A DNA stretch of 32,000 nt from Microcystis aeruginosa NIES-2549 (GTDB lineage Bacteria > Cyanobacteriota > Cyanobacteriia > Cyanobacteriales > Microcystaceae). Numbering within the stretch: the stretch's first letter is position 1; each line of letters opens with the position of its first letter. The translations under genes were made by a program, and so were the position numbers. Where the stretch lies: positions 2,400,001-2,432,000 of the forward strand of contig NZ_CP011304.1 in the NCBI RefSeq assembly GCF_000981785.2, read 5' to 3'. The notes below the pieces were generated by a model. That model was not told where the DNA came from, searched no databases, and saw only the letters and a list, made by a program, of their open reading frames with translations. Below, piece by piece: positions 18,425 to 25,928 of this stretch.

Positions 18425-19957
18425 ATGGCAAAAAATCAAGCCGAATCTATGTCTGATCAGAATCATCAGCAGCCAGATATGGGTGCGAAGAAAACAACGC
18501 AGGCTAGGATAGAAGGTCAGGATAATAATCAAATAAAAACAGGAATTGATCCTAAAATTGATTCGGAAAAACCGTTTAAATATTCGGAGCCAACAGGAAG
18601 ATTAGGGGAGATAATCCTGCGCTTAATGCCGGTGGGTCTTTTGCTCGGAGGACTGAGTTATTGGGCGATAGTTGGCAAGATTCCGACTCCTGTTCAAGGA
18701 CGAGCGGTCATTTTGATTCCTCGTTCTATTGTTAATATCGAACCCCGTCAAGGTGGGCGGGTGTTAACCCTCCTGATTCAACCAGGAGATTCTGTCAAAA
18801 AAGGGCAATTACTGGCAACTTTAGAGTTTCCTGAATTAGAAACAGAATTAAAGGATAAAAAGGATAGGTTAGCAGATCTCAAGCAGCAGGATAAAAGAGT
18901 GGACTCTATTGAAGTGAGTCGTCGCCAATTGAATGCAGCCTCAGTAGATCGCCAGCAAAAGGCCAATCAGCTTCAGATTAAAGCACTTCAAGTTCAATTA
19001 TCCAGTAATCAAAAACAGCGAGAAGCCTATCTCTCCCATGCTCGATACCTTAAAAATTTCCAGAACTCAACGGATGAAAGACTAGCCGCCTACGATAAAC
19101 TTATCGAAGAGGGGGCTGTCGCCAAGCTAGATTTTCCCTCCTATTTGTTTCAGTTCAATAATCTAGAGGCTTCTAATAGTATCAATCGCGTCCAAATAGA
19201 ACTCGATCGCCTGAAGGGGGTTGATGAAAGCCTGCGAGCGCAGATGAACGCATTGACGGCACAGAATAATATACTAAACACAGAAAAACGGCAAATAGAC
19301 CTGCAAGATACAGCCAGTGATATTCTTCGTTACAATGCGATCGCTGACCAGCAACGAGAGATTAATACGTTAAGAACCACTATTCAAGCCAACAAAAATG
19401 TAGTGAGTCTGTACAACGGCCAGATTTTAGACTTATCTGTTAATCCGGGGGAAGTCCTGGCTCCGGGGGGGCGCATAGGTACGTTAGAAGTCTCCAATCT
19501 AAAGGCCAAGACCAACGTGGTGGCATTGTTTAAGAGTGGTGATGCCAAACGATTAGAACCGGGCAAGGAAGTAGAAGTCGTTCCCGATCTCTATGATCGC
19601 GAACGCTATGGGGGTATCGTCGCTAAGGTCGTTTCCGTCGATCAGCAGCCGGTAACTGTGGCAGAACTAGCAAATATAGTCGGAAGTCATGAACTCGCCA
19701 GCAAGCTGTTTCTGGGTAGAGATGAAGACGATCGCGATAAGCCTATACCCGTCAATGCAAGTGTTATCAAAGCCACTTTAGCGCTGAAGGTCGATCGCAA
19801 TACACCCAGTGGTTTTTACTGGACTCAAGCCAAGGGAGCGCCCCAAAGAATTACCAACGGGACTACCGCAGATGTCCATGCTGTGGTAGAAGAGCGTTCT
19901 TTAGTGAGTTATATAACCCCTGCTTTTCGCTGGATTACAGGGGTGTACGATCGTTAA
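18425..19957 (+). CDS. HlyD-family membrane fusion / periplasmic adaptor protein
   Basis: N-terminal TM (LRLMPVGLLLGGLSYWAIV), lipoyl-like IQPGDSVKKGQLLATL, a long coiled coil, and the C-terminal hallmark TNGTTADVHAVVEERSLVSYITP. The first ATG is at 18425. Confidence 0.85.
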   Translation: MAKNQAESMSDQNHQQPDMGAKKTTQARIEGQDNNQIKTGIDPKIDSEKPFKYSEPTGRLGEIILRLMPVGLLLGGLSYWAIVGKIPTPVQGRAVILIPRSIVNIEPRQGGRVLTLLIQPGDSVKKGQLLATLEFPELETELKDKKDRLADLKQQDKRVDSIEVSRRQLNAASVDRQQKANQLQIKALQVQLSSNQKQREAYLSHARYLKNFQNSTDERLAAYDKLIEEGAVAKLDFPSYLFQFNNLEASNSINRVQIELDRLKGVDESLRAQMNALTAQNNILNTEKRQIDLQDTASDILRYNAIADQQREINTLRTTIQANKNVVSLYNGQILDLSVNPGEVLAPGGRIGTLEVSNLKAKTNVVALFKSGDAKRLEPGKEVEVVPDLYDRERYGGIVAKVVSVDQQPVTVAELANIVGSHELASKLFLGRDEDDRDKPIPVNASVIKATLALKVDRNTPSGFYWTQAKGAPQRITNGTTADVHAVVEERSLVSYITPAFRWITGVYDR

Positions 19958-20021
19958 CCACAATCTTGCGAGCGTAAGTAGCTGAAAGAAACAACGACTA
20001 GAATAAACGGTTAAACCTAAT

Positions 20022-20198
20022 ATGGAAAATCCGAAAAGACGTTCTCAATGGTGGACTTGGTGGTTTAAGTGGTGGATTATCGCCGCAGCGTTTGTCTTAG
20101 TAATCTTGATCCATAGTGAGCCTCCTCAGCTTTGGTTTTGGTTGGTGACGTTTTTGGCACTAATTTTATATGGGATTGAGCGAGCGATTAATGGGTAA
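20022..20198 (+). CDS. 58-aa Trp-rich two-TM membrane peptide (AaeX/DUF1656-like position), absent from the ORF track
   Basis: My translation reads MENPKRRSQWWTWWFKWWIIAAAFVLVILIHSEPPQLWFWLVTFLALILYGIERAING. It sits between the adaptor and pump genes. Confidence 0.5.
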   Translation: MENPKRRSQWWTWWFKWWIIAAAFVLVILIHSEPPQLWFWLVTFLALILYGIERAING

Positions 20199-20232
20199 CA
20201 ATGAGTAAGCCGAAAAAGGATATAGAGATACC

Positions 20233-22464
20233 TTGGACAGTAAAAACGGGCTAATAATCAGACAGGGATTGAAGTTTTCCCTGGGTGCTGCTCTCTTAAC
20301 GAGTTTCTTTTGGCACCGAGGAAATGTATTAGACAACTTTGTCTATCCCGTCTTTGGGTATGTCTCTGTACTGATTGAGCCATCGATGGGAGGTGCGATT
20401 GCGGCAGGTTTGGGGCGTTTGGGGGGAAGTGCTTTGGGGGGAATCATTGCCGCTATCCTGGTGAACGCCTACGGAATCCAAGGCTCAAGTTTTTTTGTCA
20501 TTCCCTCTCTCACCTACATTTTAGCCGCCCTGATCTGTGAAACTTACCGATGGCAAGCCGCTTATTCCCAAGCCACACTACTGGGCGCTTTAATTGCCAT
20601 GAGAGTGGTAGGAACATCAGCACAACAAGATATCTGGCTCTATTTGCGGTCGCGCCTGATCGATAACTGGATCGGAATCGCTGTGGGAATTGCTGTGGCC
20701 TTACTATTTTGGCCCCAGAATACTCGATCCGATCTCAACCGGAACTTGATGGGAATCCTTCAAGATATACCGCGCTTGTTCCAAAAAATCCTCGATCGCC
20801 ACTTAAAAACTGAGGTCGAGGAGCGGGATTATTCTCTTTCTATTGAGCAGAACGAGCTTAACTTACTCAATCAGATTAAAAAATCAACACAAACTAGCCT
20901 TTCAACACTCACAAAAGCAACCCATGAATTCGGTAGTGAGATATTGGTGGCAGAAAATTGGAGTGAAATCTTGGCAATTCAGAACCAATTGACTCGACAA
21001 TTAGCTGATCTGATGGCTTTTAAGGGCGAAAAGCATGAACAAAATTTAGTGGGTCAGTTCAGGGCGGAATTTTACCAATTGGCGACTCATCTTACCGACA
21101 GCTTTGATAGCTTGAGGGATCTGAGTAACGGCAAAAAAATCTTAGCTACCCCTTACCTGACAGAATTAGAAGAAGATTTAGCGAATATTGGGGGTAAACT
21201 TGATCATCTCCGAACAAGTGGAGAGATTGACCGGTATGATGTTCAAGAATCACTACAGTTTTATCAATTTATTCAACTTGTATCTCGATTTATCCAACAA
21301 TGCGAGGGATTAGGAGGCAGGATAATCGATAAAACCAAAGTAACTGCAACTTTCAGGCGAAGACACCTGATTACCTTTCCCAAATGGGCCCCTATATCCC
21401 TAAAACGCCTGAGAGAAATTGTCAGTCTTGGCCTGGTTATTGGTTTGTTACTGGCTATTATTCGTCACATCGAGTTTCCCTATCCTTCTGCTTACGAAAA
21501 AGTGGCAGATATTGTGATCATAGGTGCAGTGGTCACTGTGATTCAACCGACAAGGGGGCGAGCGATCGCGATCGGTTGGGCGGCAACTGTTTCGTTGAGT
21601 TTGACGATTCTCTGTATTTACCTGTTGGTCAAGTCCTTTGGTTATAATCCTTTTAGTAGCAGTCTGGCTTATTTTTTCGCCTACTTCAGTTGTGCTTGGC
21701 TGGGGTTTACGCCAATCGCTCGCATCGGTGCGATTGTAGCAGCCGATGCCATCGGGAAGGATATTTTTCCTTTTTTCGAGCAAGGAATTTGGTCCGCACT
21801 GATTTCAGTTCCCGTAGGTGCGTTTCTGGGGGTGTTGCTGACCACTGTATTTATGACAAAATCGGCTACAAACCAACTGGAAACAGATTTTTCTGTGACT
21901 TTTAAGAAAATGGGACAGCTATATCAAAAACTGCTGTCAGGCTATTTTCAGGATACGATACCACCGTCAGATATCGCCCAACTGAAGCAGGCCATCACAG
22001 TGGCGATCGCTCAACATCCAGCCTCGGTTAAGATTGCCAGTCTCGAACAAATTTCCACAGTTTTAGCAACCAAACACCAAAATTTTTGGAATTTCTCCAT
22101 CGGCTACGAACAAAAACTCTCGGCTCAACTGGATGCTTTACAAGATGTGCTACAGCAACCGCTTCCTGAACCGATACGACAAAAGTTTTTACCTGAATTA
22201 CAAGCGATCGCACAACAGACCGCGATCGCTTTTGATGAAATGGCTGATGCGATCGCTGCCCAGGTAATTCTCAACCCACCAAAGTTAGGATTGCTCATCG
22301 AAGAAATTGAATCTCTTGAGAAGCAATTACTGAGCTTGCGGGTTGAGAGTCGAAGTTATCCCTTAAATGAGCTAATCGCCTTTAGCTCGGCTTTTATGAC
22401 GATGAAAGCCATTGCCAGCAACTTAAATCAAATGAGTCAAGACTTACCTGCCTACACCCAATAG
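20233..22464 (+). CDS. FUSC / aromatic acid exporter (ArAE) family membrane protein
   Basis: 743 aa with two hydrophobic multi-TM blocks, each followed by a long helical cytoplasmic region, as in AaeB/FusC. The start in the track is TTG. Confidence 0.8.
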   Translation: MDSKNGLIIRQGLKFSLGAALLTSFFWHRGNVLDNFVYPVFGYVSVLIEPSMGGAIAAGLGRLGGSALGGIIAAILVNAYGIQGSSFFVIPSLTYILAALICETYRWQAAYSQATLLGALIAMRVVGTSAQQDIWLYLRSRLIDNWIGIAVGIAVALLFWPQNTRSDLNRNLMGILQDIPRLFQKILDRHLKTEVEERDYSLSIEQNELNLLNQIKKSTQTSLSTLTKATHEFGSEILVAENWSEILAIQNQLTRQLADLMAFKGEKHEQNLVGQFRAEFYQLATHLTDSFDSLRDLSNGKKILATPYLTELEEDLANIGGKLDHLRTSGEIDRYDVQESLQFYQFIQLVSRFIQQCEGLGGRIIDKTKVTATFRRRHLITFPKWAPISLKRLREIVSLGLVIGLLLAIIRHIEFPYPSAYEKVADIVIIGAVVTVIQPTRGRAIAIGWAATVSLSLTILCIYLLVKSFGYNPFSSSLAYFFAYFSCAWLGFTPIARIGAIVAADAIGKDIFPFFEQGIWSALISVPVGAFLGVLLTTVFMTKSATNQLETDFSVTFKKMGQLYQKLLSGYFQDTIPPSDIAQLKQAITVAIAQHPASVKIASLEQISTVLATKHQNFWNFSIGYEQKLSAQLDALQDVLQQPLPEPIRQKFLPELQAIAQQTAIAFDEMADAIAAQVILNPPKLGLLIEEIESLEKQLLSLRVESRSYPLNELIAFSSAFMTMKAIASNLNQMSQDLPAYTQ

Positions 22465-22465
22465 G
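22203..22465 (+). repeat. direct repeat copy 1 (native 3' end of the FUSC gene)
   Basis: Matches 25929-26164, apart from a 27-bp in-frame indel and 3 substitutions, up to 1 nt past the TAG stop. Confidence 0.95.
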
Positions 22466-22543
22466 TAATAGGCAAATATTATCAGCCTGAAGGATTTCTG
22501 CTCTCAGGGCTGTATATTCAGTAGTGGATTGTTTCAGTAGAGT

Positions 22544-22614
22544 GTAGGGTGCGTTAGGCGGCTATCAATTTAGTCAAAAAACCAAAATTAATAATTCGCC
22601 GTAACGCACCCTAC
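22544..22614. mobile_element. 71-bp inverted-repeat element (GTAGGGTGCGTTA...TAACGCACCCTAC)
   Basis: Perfect 13-bp terminal inverted repeats at 22544-22556 and 22602-22614. Confidence 0.7.
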
Positions 22615-22698
22615 AAGATCAGCGATCGCACTTCCTCTACTAACGTTAAAGGCAAGATTGAGAAACATCTCTCCCTTGCCTTACGAACTTAGATTGGG

Positions 22699-22944
22699 TT
22701 ACAAGAACCCTAGAGATTTAGCGATTGCAATGAGTGCAGCGATAGCCTGTAAGAAGGGTAAAAAACGCCTAATAACTAATCTAAATCTTCGATAATAAGA
22801 TCGAGAAGTTTTATCTAGACGCTTGATACTCACCTTTAGCCTTTGGCAAAAAGACTGAAGTGACTGGTTTGATTTGCGCTGCCCGTTGCCGTTGAGCTTA
22901 CTTCCCTTTAACACTGTCTTCCTCCGGATCGAGTGAACCGGCAT
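22699..22944 (-). CDS. hypothetical very basic 81-aa ORF with hydrophobic C-terminus (doubtful)
   Basis: Supported only by an open frame. No recognisable motif or SD was checked. Confidence 0.15.
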   Translation of the reverse strand: MPVHSIRRKTVLKGSKLNGNGQRKSNQSLQSFCQRLKVSIKRLDKTSRSYYRRFRLVIRRFLPFLQAIAALIAIAKSLGFL

Positions 22945-23139
22945 TGCTCTCCCTTTGCAGGAAAGATAACAGTGGAGATCAGGGACTAAGGATTAACCCG
23001 ATTGCCCACACAGCGGACTATCTTTCGATAGTCGTGTTAGTCTGCCGTCTTAGTCCCATCAACTCGGAAAGGTGTGGTGTACCCCTTGTAGACAAAGGAT
23101 AGTTTCTTAATTATAGCGGATCGAATCAAGCCCGCAATT

Positions 23140-23447
23140 ACAGTTTGCCAGTACCTCCGTTCCTGAATCTAACTCAATATCTCGTGTTCTTGAGCATAGC
23201 GCCAGACTACGCGATCGCTACTTTCCATCGACAATCTAACCTCTCTAAAGGTGACAAATTGGACAGACTGAAACTCAAGTTAACCGCGTTTTGCCAATAT
23301 ACCAAGAAAAATCAGCTTCAATCAATGTGCATGGTGCGTTCCCCAAAATCTATTGGTGGAACAGTAGGACTTGCATTAGGGAACGCACCCTACGGCTACA
23401 AGGGAAAGTGTAGCTTCACGGCGCAAATTCACAACTCCATGTATCAT
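23140..23447 (-). pseudogene. remnant of a retropepsin-like (clan AA) aspartic protease gene
   Basis: Its ATG overlaps the stop of 23444..23719 (ATGA). It reads MIHGVVNLRREATLSLVAVG, then is interrupted by a 59-bp inverted-repeat element. Downstream frames carry only fragments (LIEADFS.., ..CRWKVAIA*, ..IELDSGTEVLA). The family call rests on recollection of the N-terminal motif. Confidence 0.35.
23333..23391. mobile_element. 59-bp inverted-repeat element inserted in the protease remnant
   Basis: ggtgcgttccc (23333-23343) and gggaacgcacc (23381-23391) form perfect 11-bp inverted repeats. Confidence 0.6.
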
Positions 23448-23719
23448 GAATTCTTCTTTAAGCTCCGCGAACCAAAGTGATACACGGCAGGGTGTCCAAT
23501 CCGAATTCCAAAAGGCTGGGCATCAGGGTTACGCTCAAATAGCCGATTGGTTGCAGCTACGACCGTTTCATCAACCTCAAAATCTCCGGTTTCGATGTCG
23601 ATCGCGATAATTTTACCCTCATTACCCGCTTCGACTTGCTGCCGAATGCCAGACTCGTAGAGTTCTTTCCCCCGACGAGCCATCTCCTCTTTGCTGTAAC
23701 GCCTTTGCCGAACTGTCAT
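23444..23719 (-). CDS. conserved cyanobacterial small protein usually paired with the aspartic protease gene (91 aa)
   Basis: YSKEEMARRGKELYESGIRQQVEAGNEGKIIAIDIETGDFEVDE...NPDAQPFGIRIGHPAVYHFG. The pairing with a protease gene is from recollection. Confidence 0.6.
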   Translation of the reverse strand: MTVRQRRYSKEEMARRGKELYESGIRQQVEAGNEGKIIAIDIETGDFEVDETVVAATNRLFERNPDAQPFGIRIGHPAVYHFGSRSLKKNS

Positions 23720-23825
23720 AGCCTTGCCCCATTGACTGCCTTCTCCATGTTAACCTGAACGATCTCGCTCTTTTGAATTGATAGGGTGTGTTTGGCAATC
23801 ACTTAATCTTGGCGATCGATATGAT

Positions 23826-24036
23826 GTAGCCTGTGTTAGCGTTAGCGTAACCCACGGATTTTGAACATTAGACAAGGTGCGTTCACTTCATTAACACACT
23901 CTATAAGATCGGCGTGCTGCTACGCAGTGCCTTCGGCATCGCATTCTGTTATGAGTTGATTGATGTTGGGTTTCCTTGGGTCAATCCAACCTACGGGCGA
24001 GGCGATCTGCTACGCAGTGCCTTTGGCATCGTACTC
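23826..24036 (+). repeat. composite ~190-bp repeat (modules A+B), copy 1
   Basis: gtagcctgtgttagcgttagcgtaacccacggattttgaacattaga... followed by ggcgtgctgctacgcagtgccttcggcatcgc...gttgggtttccttgggtcaatccaacctacgggcgaggc. Confidence 0.85.
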
Positions 24037-24247
24037 ATAATAGTTTACGAAATTCTGCGACTGTCAAACCAGCATCTTGAACAATTCCACCCATTGTAAA
24101 TGCCTTAATTGGATTGTGCCTTGGAAGAGCAACTTGACGCACCCCATCACTCATGATGATATGTTTGCCTTGGCGAATGATCCGAAAGCCTACCTTCTCC
24201 AAGGCTCGTACTGCATCTAGGTGATTTACGCCAGGAATTCTAGGCAT
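24035..24247 (-). CDS. hicA: HicA-family toxin (mRNA interferase)
   Basis: AVRALEKVGFRIIRQGKHIIM...LPRHNPIKAFTMGGIVQDAGLTVAEFRKLL shows the HicA/YcfA pattern. Confidence 0.85.
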   Translation of the reverse strand: MPRIPGVNHLDAVRALEKVGFRIIRQGKHIIMSDGVRQVALPRHNPIKAFTMGGIVQDAGLTVAEFRKLL

Positions 24248-24249
24248 AG

Positions 24250-24450
24250 TTACACCTGCATTTCAATTTCACGAATTTCCCCATCTTGCAAGCGTTCTTC
24301 TAAGGCTGCAAGATACTCACGAATTGCATCTTGGATATTGGTTAATGCCTCTTCCTCAGTATCTCCCTCAGACCAACAACCGGGGAGCGCAGGAACGCCA
24401 ACAGTAATTCCTTCTTCAGAACGATAAAGGACAATTTTGTATTTCATCAT
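24250..24450 (-). CDS. hicB: HicB-family antitoxin (UPF0150 fold, no DNA-binding extension)
   Basis: YKIVLYRSEEGITVGVPALPGCWSEGDTEEEALTNIQDAIREYL. Its stop lies 2 nt before the hicA start. Confidence 0.8.
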   Translation of the reverse strand: MMKYKIVLYRSEEGITVGVPALPGCWSEGDTEEEALTNIQDAIREYLAALEERLQDGEIREIEMQV

Positions 24451-24640
24451 AAGTTCCTTCTAGATAGCACTCCATTTTAGCTTGATAGAATTATGGATGT
24501 GGGATCAAATTGTAGCAACAGCGGAACCTCACAGCAAACTTGATATGGTTGGGTTTCCTTGCGTCAACCGTTCGGCAAAAGCTCACGGCCGAAGTTCAAC
24601 CTACAGGCTACTCTAGGCTATTTATTCCCCTAGAAACGAA

Positions 24641-24870
24641 TCGCACCGTTACATTTCATTAACGCACCCTACAAGATCGGCGTGCTGCTACGCAGTGCCT
24701 TCGGCATCGCACTCTGTTATGAGTTGATTGATGTTGGGTTTCCTTGCGTCAACCCAACCTACGGGCGAGGCTGAAACAGTCCAGTAGGGTGTGTTAGCGT
24801 CAGCGTAACGCACGGATTTTGAACATTAGATAAGGTGCGTTACATTGCATTAACGCACCCTACAAGATCA
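24641..24870 (+). repeat. composite ~190-bp repeat, copy 2 (1.2 units: end of A, B, A)
   Basis: cattaacgcaccctacaagatc recurs at 24657 and 24848 (191-bp period). Module B at 24675-24772 is near-identical to 23907-24003. Confidence 0.85.
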
Positions 24871-24905
24871 GCGATCGCACTACAAGAGTAGCGATCGCAC
24901 TAAAA

Positions 24906-25370
24906 TTAGTAGCATGAGTCTGATCTTGCATCATATTTTAAGTTAGCTTGATTACAAACTCTTCTCCTTGCACTTCTATAGTTAGCTTCATCGCCAATTT
25001 CTCTACAGACATTCGCATATCCCGCATAGCACATTCGTTCTTTTTGTAGTCTTTCTCTTTTTGCATCATATTCTTGTTGCAATTGTTGTCTATCGCTATC
25101 ACTAACTCGTCGTGTAACTTTACACTCTGGATATTTTCTTTCAGCCTCTGCAATCGTTGATGCTAAACTATTTATCCAATTGTTATATTGAGAAAAATCA
25201 AGAGGCGAGGGTGCGTTTGCCTCAAAATATTGTGCAATTTGCCGATGGAGTTGCTCACACTGTCTTTCTGATAGCCCCTTATTTTGTGCTAAAACTTCAT
25301 TACTATAAAAACTTAAGTTCATTGCAGTTGCAACAAAAACTAAACAAGCTGTGAATTTTGACGTTTTCAT
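24906..25370 (-). CDS. secreted Cys-rich protein of unknown function (154 aa)
   Basis: Signal-peptide-like N-terminus MKTSKFTACLVFVATAMNLSFYSNEVLAQ, 6 Cys in the mature part, and visibly AT-rich coding sequence. Confidence 0.55.
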   Translation of the reverse strand: MKTSKFTACLVFVATAMNLSFYSNEVLAQNKGLSERQCEQLHRQIAQYFEANAPSPLDFSQYNNWINSLASTIAEAERKYPECKVTRRVSDSDRQQLQQEYDAKRERLQKERMCYAGYANVCREIGDEANYRSARRRVCNQANLKYDARSDSCY

Positions 25371-25425
25371 GTGATTGAATTAATTGAATTAAATTTCTTA
25401 AACTTCTTGAAGTCTAACCATATAT

Positions 25426-25526
25426 TATACGGAAATTTTCCGTATATCACGCCAAATACACATTTTTTAAAGAATCTTTCCGTATATTACGCTCAAATGG
25501 AGTGATCGCGAGAAGTTTTCCGTATA
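25426..25526. promoter_or_regulatory. three phased TTTCCGTATA sites (40-bp spacing), the first within a 21-bp palindrome
   Basis: tttccgtata occurs at 25437-25446, 25477-25486 and 25517-25526. The palindrome tatacggaaattttccgtata is at 25426-25446. All lie in the divergent intergenic region between 25370 and 25568. Confidence 0.55.
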
Positions 25527-25567
25527 ATATTACGATAAGCGTGTTATGCCGATTAGCGTACTCTTTT

Positions 25568-25925
25568 ATGAACCCTCCCCCACCCCGAAAACTCCTAGAC
25601 GTAGTGCGAGAGACGATCCGCCCTACCGCATTACTCCTACCGCACCGAACAAACATATCTGGACTGGATTAAGCGTTATCTGCTCTTCCATCAGAAAAAA
25701 CATCCCCGTGAAATGGGGGGTGAAGAAATTAGAGCCTTTTTGAGCCATCTTGCCGTTGATAAAAACGTTGCCACCGCCACCCAAAACCAAGCCCTCAACG
25801 CCATCCTTTTCCTTTATCGAGAAGTTCTGAAAATTGAACTGGAAAATATCGGTGCATATTTACGGGCAAAACGCTCCAAACGTCTGCCCACCGTCCTCAC
25901 CAAAAAAGTAAAAATGGCTGATGAT
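25568..25925 (+). pseudogene. tyrosine recombinase stub (integron-integrase/XerD-like), N-terminal SAM-like domain only; frameshifted and truncated
   Basis: [18 protein letters not shown], then a +1 frameshift in the cgccc run near 25619-25623, then (L)[68 protein letters not shown]...RLPTVLTKK. The catalytic domain is absent. Confidence 0.75.
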
Positions 25926-25928
25926 TTT

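Noticed and set aside
18425-19957. The HlyD protein could mark a bacteriocin/RiPP (NHLP-type) export cluster.
   Set aside because: There is no C39-peptidase ABC transporter and no precursor-peptide ORFs nearby. The adjacent FUSC pump and small membrane peptide fit an AaeXAB-type efflux set better.
20201-20254. A short ATG-initiated frame (MSKPKKDIEIPWTVKTG*) just before the FUSC gene, possibly a leader peptide or a sign of a frameshifted start.
   Set aside because: It is only 17 codons and out of frame with the pump, and I cannot tell a leader peptide from chance. It is noted under the efflux finding rather than called as a feature.
23145-23480. A 111-aa plus-strand ORF.
   Set aside because: It runs antisense through the protease remnant and straight across the 59-bp inverted-repeat element, with no start context or motifs.
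23914-24099. A 61-aa plus-strand ORF.
   Set aside because: It is translated entirely from repeat module B and the antisense strand of hicA. The internal duplication LLRSAFGI simply reflects the DNA repeat.
25447-25743. ORFs 25447..25656 (minus) and 25546..25743 (plus).
   Set aside because: The first crosses the phased TTTCCGTATA sites antisense to the integrase stub. The second is the wrong frame of the integrase remnant. The true frame is recovered by correcting a 1-nt insertion.
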